NCBI GenBank assembly: GCA_963780015.1 | Contig: CAWAAO010000014.1 | Span: 333,336-397,335, forward strand | DNA length: 64,000 bases | Direction: 5' to 3' | Origin: an uncultured Actinomycetes bacterium | Lineage (GTDB): Bacteria > Actinomycetota > UBA4738 > HRBIN12 | Shown: one piece after another, positions 50,524 to 60,919 of the stretch | Position numbering within the stretch: position 1 is the stretch's first letter | Layout of the letters: the number at the start of each line of letters is the position of its first letter | Notes under the pieces: generated by a model | Told to the model about the DNA's origin: nothing | What the model saw: only the letters and a program-made list of their open reading frames with translations | The model's database searches: none | Translations under genes and position numbers: made by a program

Positions 50524-51417
50524 GTGAGCTCCTTCACCTCCGCGCCGACGATCGACGAGGCGCTCGCGGCGATGGCCGCCGGGGCTCGTCCCGTCGCCGG
50601 CGGCACCGATCTCGTGGTCGGCGCCCGTCAGGGAAAGGCGCCGTTGCCGACGGACATCGTGGCGATCGACCGTCTCGAGGGGTTCGGCGAGATCCGTCAC
50701 GACGGGCAGACGCTCGTGCTCGGCACGCTGGTCACGCATGAGGCGCTGGTGGCCGACGCGACGGTTCGCGAGCAGCTCACCGCGATCGCGGATGCGAGCG
50801 CGATCGTCGGCTCCCACGCGACGCGCGCCCAGGGAACGATCGGCGGCAACGTCATGAACGCCTCGCCGGCGATGGACACCGGCGGCCCGTTGCTCTGTCT
50901 CGGCGCGTCGGTGACGCTGCGCTCGGCAACGGGGGAGCGGACCCTCGACCTCGCCGAGCTCTGGACGGGCCCGGGCAAGACCGTCGCGACGTCCGAGGAG
51001 CTGCTGACCGCGGTGTCGGTCCCGCTGCCGGCGCCCGGCACCGGGTCGGCGTATGTCCGGCTCGAGTACCGCCGGCAGATGGAGATCGCCGTGGTCGGCG
51101 CGACCGCGGTCGTCACCGTCGAGGGCGACCGCGTGACCGATGCGCGGATCGCCATCACGGCGCTCGCCCCGACGATCCGCCGGGTGCCCGAGGCGGAGGC
51201 GGCGCTGGCGGGCACCGACGGCGGCACCGAGGCGATCGCCGCGGCCGCGGCCGCGGCCGCGAGCGCCGCGACGCCGATCAGCGACGTGCGCGGCTCGGCC
51301 GGCTACCGGACCGCGATGGCCGAGGTCATCACCCGGCGCGCCATCACCGCCGCGCTGACGCGGGCCCGAGGCGGGTCCGTTCCCATCCCCGCGAGTGCGA
51401 TGCACGGGACCCACTGA
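50524..51417 (+). CDS. Xanthine dehydrogenase family FAD-binding medium subunit
   Basis: GTG 50524 behind AGGAGGG. Motifs ARPVAGGTDLVV, GTIGGNVMNASP and RGSAGYRTAMA. In frame with the preceding large-subunit segment. Confidence 0.85.
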   Translation: MSSFTSAPTIDEALAAMAAGARPVAGGTDLVVGARQGKAPLPTDIVAIDRLEGFGEIRHDGQTLVLGTLVTHEALVADATVREQLTAIADASAIVGSHATRAQGTIGGNVMNASPAMDTGGPLLCLGASVTLRSATGERTLDLAELWTGPGKTVATSEELLTAVSVPLPAPGTGSAYVRLEYRRQMEIAVVGATAVVTVEGDRVTDARIAITALAPTIRRVPEAEAALAGTDGGTEAIAAAAAAAASAATPISDVRGSAGYRTAMAEVITRRAITAALTRARGGSVPIPASAMHGTH

Positions 51418-51427
51418 GGAGCGATCG

Positions 51428-51952
51428 ATGAAGGTCACCGCAACCCTGACGGTCAACGGCACCAGCTACCCGGTCGAGCTCGACCCGCACGCGAGCCTGC
51501 TGAAGGCGGTGCGCGAGGAGGTCGGGCTCACCGGCTCGAAGGAGGGCTGCGACGACTCCGAGTGCGGCGCCTGCATGATGCTGCTGGACGGCAAGCCGGT
51601 GAACGCGTGCTCCTACCTGGCGCTGCAGGCGGCCGGTCGTTCGATCACGACGGTCGAGGGCCTCGCCGGCGACGAGGAGCTCGGCGCGCTGCAACGTGCC
51701 TTCCTGCAGCAGGGCGGCGTCCAGTGCGGGTTCTGCACGCCGGGCATGCTCGTGTCGGCCACGGCGCTGCTGCGCGACAACCCCGATCCCTCCGAGGAGG
51801 AGATCCGTATCGGGCTGTCGGGCAACCTGTGCCGCTGCACCGGCTACGACGGCATCGTCCGCGCGGTCAAGCAGGCCGCCTCGGGTGAGGTCGGTGCGAT
51901 CGGGGCACCCGCGTATCACACCGACGCCACGCCGCCGCACCACGCCGGCTGA
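51428..51952 (+). CDS. Xanthine dehydrogenase family [2Fe-2S] small subunit
   Basis: Motifs [23 protein letters not shown] and CRCTGY. Confidence 0.93.
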   Translation: MKVTATLTVNGTSYPVELDPHASLLKAVREEVGLTGSKEGCDDSECGACMMLLDGKPVNACSYLALQAAGRSITTVEGLAGDEELGALQRAFLQQGGVQCGFCTPGMLVSATALLRDNPDPSEEEIRIGLSGNLCRCTGYDGIVRAVKQAASGEVGAIGAPAYHTDATPPHHAG

Positions 51953-51955
51953 GTC

Positions 51956-53093
51956 TTACGACACGCGTCGCGTCTGCTGGGCGCTGCCGAGCAACCCGTC
52001 GTCGATCGCGACGTCGCCCACCGAGTCGAAATGCGCCGTGAGCGCGCCGCCGCCTCCGGCCACGCTCGTCACGTTGTTGTCCGTGCGGGTGCGGAACGTG
52101 CGGCCGCGACACCGGTCGACGTGCGCGGTCGGGTCGCCGGGCCCCGTGATCGACTCCGTGCCGCTCAGCCAGGCGGCCGTGTCGGCGGGCGGGACGATCT
52201 GGAGATCGGTCGTGGCGGCTGTCACCCCGCCGTCGACGATCGGCCGTTGCGTGAGCAACGCCATGGCGTGTGCTTCGTGGCCGCCGCCGGTCGCGAGCTC
52301 GAACAGGTTGAACCGCCGGTGCGGATGGCCAACACGAACTGATGCGCGGTCGGCGCTGGCCAGCATCGGATGGAGCATCCCGCCGGGCTGCACGGAGGTG
52401 GCGGCGCCGAGCGCACGGCGAGTGAGGCGCGTCGGCGCCGGCATCGAGCGGAAGCCCGATTCGTCGGAGACCACCGCGCCGAGACCGGACGATGGGCAGA
52501 AGGTGCCCCCGCCGCCCACCGCCGCCTCCGCACTGGGTGACGCCGATCACCGTCGCCGCGAAGCGTTGTGCCTTGAGCGTGCCGAAAAAGGACGAGTCCG
52601 CGCGCAGGAGGAACGCGGTGCCGGTGTTGCCGCGGAGCGTGCCCGGTCTCGAGGCTTGGCTGCCACAGGCGCCGGTGAACGGACGCCCACCCGAGGCGTT
52701 GAAGCGCATGTGGAGGTGTCCGAGCGACCCCATGCGGTCGCCGGTGTCGATCCACCCGTGACTGAGATCGCGGTGGAGATGGAAGGCCGTCTTCGGCAGC
52801 TGCCAGCCCCACTGGTGGATCTGCTCGAGTGTCTCGCCAGCCCCGGGGGTGGGCTCTCGCCGCTCGAGCGCGATCGTCAGGAAGGTGAACTGGATCGTGC
52901 CGTCGACGGCGACCTGCTCGGCCGCGATCGACAGGTGATAGCCGTGCACCTTGATCGGCCGCGTCTGGAGCCGCAGGAGCGTCGTGACCCGCGGGCGGAC
53001 TCCGGCGGCCGCCGGCACCGGCCCGACCGGACCCGGGCCGATGGCGATCACCGCCAGCGTTGACAGGGCGATAGCGGCGCGGCGGAGCTTCAT
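51956..53093 (-). pseudogene. Secreted hypothetical protein (frame break in a G/C run near 52510)
   Basis: ATG 53093 behind GGAGGA. Signal peptide MKLRRAAIALSTLAVIAIGP. ..VIGVTQCGGGGG continues in the next frame as TFCPSSGLGAVVSDESGF.. to the stop at 51956. No family recognised. Confidence 0.55.
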
Positions 53094-53160
53094 CCCTCGT
53101 CCTCCTGCGGGTAGGCCTGCCGGGAGTATGCGCTTCCTCGAAGGAGGAACAAGCTGCTGC

Positions 53161-53189
53161 TTGCATCCGAACACCTGTTCGAGTAGCCT
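53161..53189 (+). promoter_or_regulatory. recA promoter candidate (-35 TTGCAT, 17-nt spacer, -10 TAGCCT)
   Basis: TTGCAT at 53161-53166 and TAGCCT at 53184-53189. The spacer contains the SOS box. Confidence 0.55.
53168..53181 (+). promoter_or_regulatory. LexA operator (SOS/Cheo box) CGAAC-ACCT-GTTCG
   Basis: A perfect inverted repeat matching the Gram-positive/actinobacterial consensus (T)CGAAC-N4-GTTCG(A). It lies 146 nt upstream of the recA GTG. Confidence 0.8.
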
Positions 53190-53326
53190 GCCCGCGATCG
53201 GCCCGAGCGGGTCGAATGACAGGGGTGTAAGTTATGTCAGACCCGACCGCTACGGTGCTCGAACGTCAAGTCAATGGGCCCACTTCACTCTCCTCCAGGG
53301 TGGGTCGTGATCGGAAGGAGGGTCAC

Positions 53327-54412
<1,086 letters not shown>

Positions 54413-54415
54413 GCG

Positions 54416-54911
54416 GTGGCCGCCGACCGCGGGTCCGCGCGGGAAGCGGAAGGACATCCACGAGCGGGCGCTCGGGCTCCTTGCCGTGCGGCAGCGCAGC
54501 CGCAGGGAGCTCGAGCGTCGGCTCGTCCAGGCCGGCTTCGAGCCCGACGCGGTCGCCGACGAACTGGAACGTCTCGAGCAGGTCGGGCTCCTCGACGACG
54601 AGGCCTTCGCTCGCGCCGTCGTCGAGAGCCGGATGGGCTTCCGGGGGGAGTCGCGCCGCGTCGTCGCGGGCAAGCTCGCCCAGGCGGGCGTGGCCAGCGA
54701 GGTCGCGATGGTCGCGCTCGACCAGGCTCCCGAGGCCGAGGAAGAGCGCGCCCGGCGCCTCGCCGAGGCCAAGGCTCCTCGGCTGTCGGGGCTCGAGCCG
54801 CAGGTCGCCATGCAGCGGCTGTACGGCTTCCTCGCGCGCCGCGGCTACGGGCCCCAGGTCGCCCGCGACGCCGCGCGGAGAGCCCTTGCGTCGGAAACCG
54901 TCGACGACTGA
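54416..54911 (+). pseudogene. recX: Recombination regulator RecX (probable frame break near 54440; otherwise starts at GTG 54486)
   Basis: Helical repeats RRELERRLVQAGFEPDAVADELERLEQVGLLDDEAFARAVVESR. The conserved-looking N-terminus KDIHERALGLLAVRQRS has no start codon in its own frame. GTG 54416 lies in the preceding frame. Confidence 0.75.
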
Positions 54912-55110
54912 GCCTTGCCTCGCCCCGAAGGTGGCCGTAAGGTGTGGAAAACCTGAACCACACACCTACGAGAGGCTCCATCCGACCTTGACCGAGCGAA
55001 CCGATCCCATGAGCGAACGACCGAATCCCGATATCGAACACCCGAGGGGGACGAAGACCCTCTAGGGGTGGCGGATCGTCGCTGCTCCGTGTCCTGGCCG
55101 CAGTGGTCCT

Positions 55111-55131
55111 CTCCCTGACACTCGCAGGGAG
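55111..55131 (+). promoter_or_regulatory. Hairpin sequestering the rny Shine-Dalgarno sequence
   Basis: CTCCCTG-ACACTCG-CAGGGAG (7-bp stem). The right arm contains the GGGAGG that sits 5 nt before ATG 55137. Confidence 0.5.
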
Positions 55132-55136
55132 GCATC

Positions 55137-56690
55137 ATGATCCCGGTGATCGTGGGCGTCGTCGCACTCGTTGTGGGCGCCATCGTCGGGTTCCTCGTCC
55201 GCGCCAACATGGCGAAGTCCTCCGCGAACACCCTCGAGGCGCAGGCGCGCCAGCAGGTGATCGCGGCCGAGCAGAAGGTCCTGGAAGCCAACCAAGAAGC
55301 AGCCACCGTCCTGCGCAAGGCCAACGAAGACGCCAAGGCGGACGCGGCGCAGGTGCGTCGCGAGGCCGAGGAGGACGTGAAGTCCCGCCGCGACGAGATC
55401 GCCCGGCTCGAGCGTCGGATCCTCGAGAGCGAGGAGGAGGTGCGCGAGCGGACCCGCAAGCTGGATACCCGCAGCGGGGAGCTCGATCAGCGCGACGAGA
55501 TGCTCCACGATGCCCGCCTCCGCCTGGAGCAGGCCGCCGACCAGCACCGCATCCAGCTCGAACGGATCGCCGGCATGACGTCGTCCGAAGCCCGCGAGGA
55601 GCTGGTCGCCCACGTGGTCGACGACGCCAAGCGCTCGGCCATGGCGCAGGTCCGCGAGATCGAGCAGCACGCGCGCGAGGAGGGCGAGGAACGCGCCCGC
55701 AAGATCCTGACGATCGCGATCCAGCGGGTGGCCTCCGAGCAGACGGCCGAGTCCACGGTCAGCGTCTTCGCCCTGCCGAGCGAGGACATGAAGGGCCGGA
55801 TCATCGGCCGTGAGGGCCGCAACATCCGGGCCTTCGAGGCCGCGACCGGCGTCAACATCATCATCGACGACACCCCCGAGGCCGTGGTGCTCAGCAGCTT
55901 CGACCCCGTCCGGCGCGAGGCCGCGCGCATGACCCTGGAGAAGCTCGTCCAGGACGGCCGCATCCACCCCGCGCGGATCGAGGAGGTCCACGAGCGTTCG
56001 CTGGCCGAGATCGAGGAGCGCATCCGCAGGGCCGGCGAGGACGCCGTGGCCGAGGTCGGCATCACCGACATCCACCCCGAGATGATCAAGCTGCTCGGGC
56101 GCCTGCAGTTCCGCACGAGCTACGGCCAGAACGTCCTGCGCCACCTGGTGGAGTCGGCGCACATCGCCTCGGCGCTTGCCTCGGAGCTCGGTGTCGACCC
56201 GGCGATCGCCAAGCGGGGCGCCTTCCTGCACGACATCGGCAAGGCGGTCACGCACGAGGTCGAGGGCTCGCACGCGATCATCGGCGCCGAGATCGCGCGC
56301 CGCATGAAGGAGGATCCCGAGGTCGTCCACTGCATCGAGTCCCACCACGGGGAGGTCGAGCAGCACACGATCCACGCGGTGCTCGCCCAGATCGCCGACT
56401 CGATCAGCGGCGGCCGCCCCGGTGCGCGCCGCGAGTCGCTGGAGACCTACGTGAAGCGGCTGGAGCGCCTCGAGGAGATCTGCAACGCCTTCGAGGGCGT
56501 CGAGAAGGTCTACGCGATGCAGGCCGGCCGCGAGGTCCGCGTGCTCGTGCAGCCCGAGGCGGTCGACGACATCCAGTCCCAGGTGATCGCCCGCGACATC
56601 GCCAAGCAGGTCGAGGAGGAGCTGCAGTACCCGGGGCAGATCCGCATCACGGTCGTCCGCGAGACGCGCGCCACCGAGTACGCGCGATGA
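55137..56690 (+). CDS. rny: Ribonuclease Y
   Basis: N-terminal TM helix MIPVIVGVVALVVGAIVGFLV, a coiled-coil region, KH motif GRIIGREGRNIRAFE, HD domain AFLHDIGKA. Confidence 0.96.
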   Translation: MIPVIVGVVALVVGAIVGFLVRANMAKSSANTLEAQARQQVIAAEQKVLEANQEAATVLRKANEDAKADAAQVRREAEEDVKSRRDEIARLERRILESEEEVRERTRKLDTRSGELDQRDEMLHDARLRLEQAADQHRIQLERIAGMTSSEAREELVAHVVDDAKRSAMAQVREIEQHAREEGEERARKILTIAIQRVASEQTAESTVSVFALPSEDMKGRIIGREGRNIRAFEAATGVNIIIDDTPEAVVLSSFDPVRREAARMTLEKLVQDGRIHPARIEEVHERSLAEIEERIRRAGEDAVAEVGITDIHPEMIKLLGRLQFRTSYGQNVLRHLVESAHIASALASELGVDPAIAKRGAFLHDIGKAVTHEVEGSHAIIGAEIARRMKEDPEVVHCIESHHGEVEQHTIHAVLAQIADSISGGRPGARRESLETYVKRLERLEEICNAFEGVEKVYAMQAGREVRVLVQPEAVDDIQSQVIARDIAKQVEEELQYPGQIRITVVRETRATEYAR

Positions 56691-56727
56691 CGGCGGTACC
56701 GGGCCACGGCGTTACCCTGGGACGGTC

Positions 56728-58075
56728 ATGCAGCCCACCTTCCTGATCCGCACCTTCGGGTGCCAGATGAACGAGCACGATTCCGAGCGGATCGGCGGCG
56801 TGCTCATGGCCGACGGCATGACCGCCGACCGACGATGTCGGCGACGCCCGGGTGATCGTGCTGAACACCTGCGCGATCCGTGAGAACGCCGACAACAAGC
56901 TGTACGGCAACCTCGGGCACCTCAAGCCGCTCAAGGACGCCGACCCGAGCCTGCGGATCGTGGTCGCCGGCTGCCTCGCCCAGAAGGATCAGGGCGTGAT
57001 CCAACGCAAGGCCCCGTGGGTCGACGTCGTCGTCGGCACGCATGCCCTGCCGCAGCTGCTCGACCTGTTGGAGCGGTCGCGCACCGAGGGGCCACAGATG
57101 GACGTGCGCGAGTACACCGAGACCTTCCCGAGCGCGCTGCCGGCCGCACGGGGCGACGCGTTCCGGGCCTGGGTCTCGATCGCGCCGGGCTGCGACAACG
57201 CCTGCACCTTCTGCATCGTGCCGCTCGTCCGTGGCCCGCAGCGGTCGCGCTCGATCGGGGACATCCTGGCCGAGGTGCAGGGACTCGTCGCGGCGGGCGT
57301 GGTGGAGGTGACGCTGCTCGGGCAGAACGTGAACACGTTCGGGCGCGACATCACGGTGCCCGACTCGTCGCGCCGGCCGCTGTTCGCCGACCTGCTGCGG
57401 ATGGTCAATCAGGTTGACGGTATCCGGCGGATCCGATTCACCTCGCCGCACCCGCACGACTTCACGCCCGACGTGATCGAGGCGATGGCCACGCTCGGAC
57501 CAGCGTCTGCGAGCACATCCACTTCCCGCTGCAGTCGGGCTCGGACCGCGTGCTGAAGGCGATGCGGCGGTCCTACCGCAGCGCGCGCTACCTCGATTGG
57601 CTCGAGCGGATCCGCGCGGCGATCCCGGAGATCGCCGTGTCGACCGACATCATCGTGGGCTTCCCGGGCGAGACCGAGGAGGACTTCGCGGCCACCCTCG
57701 AGGTCGTCGAGCGCGCGGGGTTCGACAGCGCGTTCACGTTCCAGTACTCGCCCCGGCCGGGCACGCGCGCGGCCACGATGGCCGACCAGGTGCCCCGGGA
57801 GGTCGTCCAGGAGCGCTTCGACCGGCTCGTCGCGCTGCAGACCGAGATCACGGCGGCGCAAGAACCGTGCGCAGGTCGGCACGACGGTCGAGGTGCTGGT
57901 CGAAGGTGACGGCAAGAAGGACGGCTCCACGCAGGCCCGGACGCGCACGAACCGGATCGTGCATGTGCGCGAACCGCTGCCGCCCGGCACGTTCGCGCAT
58001 GCGGAGATCACCGAGGCGGGCGCGCACCATCTGCTGGGCCGGATCGTGCCGGCGCCCGAGCCCGCCGTGGCGTGA
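56728..58075 (+). pseudogene. miaB: tRNA-i6A37 methylthiotransferase MiaB (about four frame breaks)
   Basis: LIRTFGCQMNEHDSE..GMTAD|DDVGDARVIVLNTCAIREN at 56830. Radical-SAM motif [39 protein letters not shown] at about 57497-57504. EITAA|[16 protein letters not shown] at 57859. Confidence 0.9.
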
Positions 58076-58978
58076 TGCTGCGCGCCCTGGTCGGCCCGAC
58101 CGCCAGCGGCAAGACCGAGGCGGGCATCGCGCTCGCCACCGCGCTCGGCGCGGACGTCGTCTCGGTCGACTCGATGCTCGTGTACCGGGGGATGGACGTC
58201 GGCACGGCGAAGCCGACCGCCGAGCAGCGCGCGGCTGGTGCCGCATCACCTGCTGGACCTCGCCGATCCGTCGGAGCGGTTCACGGTGGCGCGGTTCCAG
58301 ACCGAGGCGGGTGCGGTGCTCGGCCGGGTGGCCTCGCCGCTGCTGGTCGGGGGTTCGGGGCTCTACTTCCGGGCGGTGGTCGACGACCTGCGGTTCCCAC
58401 CGGAGGATCCCGCCGTGCGCGCGGCCTCTCGAGGCGGAGGCCGACGAGCTCGGCGCCGACGAGCTCTACCGCGCGGCTGGCCGCCAGCGACCCGGTGGCG
58501 GCCGATCGCATCGAGCCGGGGAACGTGCGCCGAACGATCCGCGCGCTGGAGGTCACGACGATCACCGGCGCGCCGTTCAGCGAGTTCGCGGCGGCATGGG
58601 AGGTGTATGACCCCGCGCGTGTGCGGGTGGCGGGCATCCGCATGGACACGCCGACCCTCGACGCGCGGGTCCGCGGCCGTGTCGCGTCGATGCTCGACGC
58701 CGGGTGGGTCGACGAGGTCGAGGGCCTGGTCGAGCGCGGGTTCGGCGCCTGGCTCACCGCGAGCCAGGCGATCGGCTACGCGGAGCTGGCCGCACACCTC
58801 GACGGTAGGCTGGCGCTCGACGAGGCCATGACCCAGACCGTGAAGCGCACGAAGGAGCTCGCACGCCGCCAGCAGGCGTGGTTCCGTCGCGATCCGCGCG
58901 ATCGAGTGGTTCGACGCGGGGGAGGGCGGCGCCGTCGAGGTCGTCCCCGACGTCGCGGCCTACCTGGAGGCGGCGTGA
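58075..58978 (+). pseudogene. miaA: tRNA dimethylallyltransferase MiaA (about four frame breaks)
   Basis: The P-loop segment GPTASGKTEAGIALA comes first. The segments HHLLDLADPSERFTVARF, LEAEADELGADELY, AADRIEPGNVRRTIRALEV..QAIGYAEL..KRTKELARRQQAWFRRDP and IEWFDAGEGG..YLEAA* lie in successive frames. Junctions fall near 58225, 58425, 58470 and 58895. Confidence 0.88.
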
Positions 58979-59824
58979 CGCGGCGGCTCTCGCTGAGCAA
59001 GTACCAGGCGAGCGGGAACGACTTCCTGTTGGTGGACGAGCTCGACGGGCCGGTCGGGGACTCGACGTGCCGGCGCTGTGCGATCGCTGGTTCGGCGTCG
59101 GGGCCGACGGGCTGATCCAGGTCGGGCGGGGCACCGAGGCCCCGTTCTCGTTCGCGCTGACCAACGCCGACGGCTCGGCCGCCGAGATGTCGGGCAACGG
59201 GATGCGCTGCGTCGGGGCGTGGCTGCGCGACACCGAGCACGTCGCGCACGGGGCGTCGTTCGACGTCGAGACCGCGGCCGGCGTGCGGCACGTGTGGCTG
59301 ACCCTCGAGGGAGCGACCGTCGCGATGGGGCAGCCCAACTTCACGAAGGCGGCGATCCCGATGCGCGGGCCGGCGTGGGAGACGTTCCAAGACCAGCCGT
59401 TCGACGCGGGCGACGGACGCACGATGCGCGCGACCGCGGTGAGCATGGGCAACCCGCACCTGGTGCTGTTCACCGACGAGGACCCCGAGCGCTACCACCT
59501 GGAGCACATGGGACCGGCGCTCGAGCACCACGAGTGGTTCCCCGAGCGCACGAACGTGGAGTTCGCGCGGATGAGCGCCGACGGTGGGATCGACGTCCGC
59601 GTCTGGGAGCGCGGCGTGGGCGAGACGATGGCCTGCGGCACCGGCGCGTGCGCGGTCGCGGTGGTGGCGAACGAGGCGGGCCTGCGCCCGCGAGAGGTCG
59701 ATCGTGCGGTTCCGCGGTGGCCCGCTGCACGTCGAACGGCGCACCGACGGCGAGGTGCTGCTCGGCGGGCCCGTCCAGCACGTGTTCGACGCGGTCGATC
59801 GACCTCGACGAGCTCGCGGGATGA
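58976..59824 (+). pseudogene. dapF: Diaminopimelate epimerase (about three frame breaks)
   Basis: The segments KYQASGNDFLLVDE, FGVGADGLI..EMSGNGMRCVG..VSMGNPHLV..ETMACGTGACA, RFRGGPLHVE and IDLDELAG* lie in successive frames. Junctions fall near 59060, 59700 and 59795. GTGA overlap with miaA. Confidence 0.88.
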
Positions 59825-60919
59825 CCGAGCTGGCCGAGCGGCTCGCCGCCGACACGCTCGCCCTGATCGACATCGCGTCGGAGAGCCGTGACGAGGGCGC
59901 GATCCTCGACGCGATCCGTCCACGCGATTGGCCGCGGCGCCCGGGACTGCAGATCGTCGACGACCACGACGGCGTCCTCGCGGCGCTCCCGAAACGACGT
60001 CCGGGGCTGCCGCTGGTGCTGCTCGCCGGACACGTGGACACGGTGCCGCTGGCGGGGGCGTCGCGACCCGGGCGCCGGACGGCGACGTCGTGCGTCGGCC
60101 GGGGCGCCGCCGACATGAAGGGCGGCGTCGCCGTGATGCTGGCGCTCGCCGACGAAGGCGCCGGCGGCGCCTCGGACCTCGACGTCGGCTATCTGTTCTT
60201 CGGGCGCGAGGAGATGCACGATCGACGGAGTCGGCGCTGCTGCCGGCGTTCGACCGAACGCCCGAGCTGCGGCGAGGCGGCGCTGGCGATCGTGATGGAG
60301 CCCACCGACAACACGCTCGAGGTCGGGTGCAACGGGAACCTCACCGCGCGCGTGACCGTGCGCGGTCGCGCGGCCCACAGCGCGCGCCCGTGGCTCGGCC
60401 ACAACGCGATCCACGCGGCGATCGAGGCGCTGGCGTCCGGTCGCCGACCTGCCGGTCCGCGACGTCGAGATCGACGGGCTCGTCTTCCGCGAGGTCGTCT
60501 CGGTCACGACGATCGCCGGCGGTGTCGCGGGCAACGTCGTCCCCGACCACGTCGAGGCCACCGTGAACTTCCGCTATGCGCCCAATCACACGCCCGGCCG
60601 AGGCGGAGGCACGGCTGCGCGAACTGCTCGGGCACCCGCGGGTCGAGGTCGCGATCGTCGGCAACGCACCGCCCGGTCCCGTCTGCCTCGACAACCCGCT
60701 CGTGACGCGACTGCGCGCCGCCGGCCGACCTCGATGTTCGGCCCGAAACAGGCGTGGACGCCGGTGGCGGAGTTCGGGATGGTCGGCGTCGACGCGGTCA
60801 ACCTCGGCCCGGGAGACCCGCGGTACGCTCACACCGACGACGAGCAGGTCACCGCGACCGCGCTCGCGCGCGCGCACGCGATCGTGTCGGCGTTCCTGGC
60901 CGGGAGGAGCTGTAGATGA
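59821..60919 (+). pseudogene. dapE: Succinyl-diaminopimelate desuccinylase (M20 family; at least seven frame breaks)
   Basis: The segments LLAGHVDTVP, GRGAADMKGG, IDGVGA, LLPAFDRTPEL, ALAIVMEPTDNTLEVGCNG..GRAAHSARPWLGHNAIH, DVEIDGLVFREVVSVTTIAGG..VNFRYAPNHTP, AEAEARLRELL.., DLDVRP and KQAWTPVAEFG..GPGDPRYAHTDDEQV are spread over all three frames. Confidence 0.85.

Noticed and set aside
48254-51952. Aerobic carbon-monoxide dehydrogenase (coxLMS).
   Set aside because: The large subunit lacks the form-I active-site loop AYxCSFR. The equivalent region reads SGSVRAPTAPQ. No coxDEF-type accessory genes are adjacent. I call it generically as a xanthine dehydrogenase family oxidoreductase.
54993-55033. 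GAGCGAAC direct repeats considered as a possible mini-CRISPR or as LexA half-sites. The [11 protein letters not shown]-encoding repeats at 24127-24160 and the GGDRS repeats at 32270-32360 were considered alongside.
   Set aside because: There are only two short copies, with no spacer periodicity and no cas genes. No partner GTTC half-site lies at N4 spacing. The other repeats are in-frame low-complexity coding repeats in infB and pnp.
55009-55065. A small ORF, MSERPNPDIEHPRGTKTL, inside the recX-rny spacer.
   Set aside because: It has no SD or -10-like signal in front and atypically AT-rich third positions for this genome. It also overlaps the repeat region, so it is more likely part of a non-coding leader.
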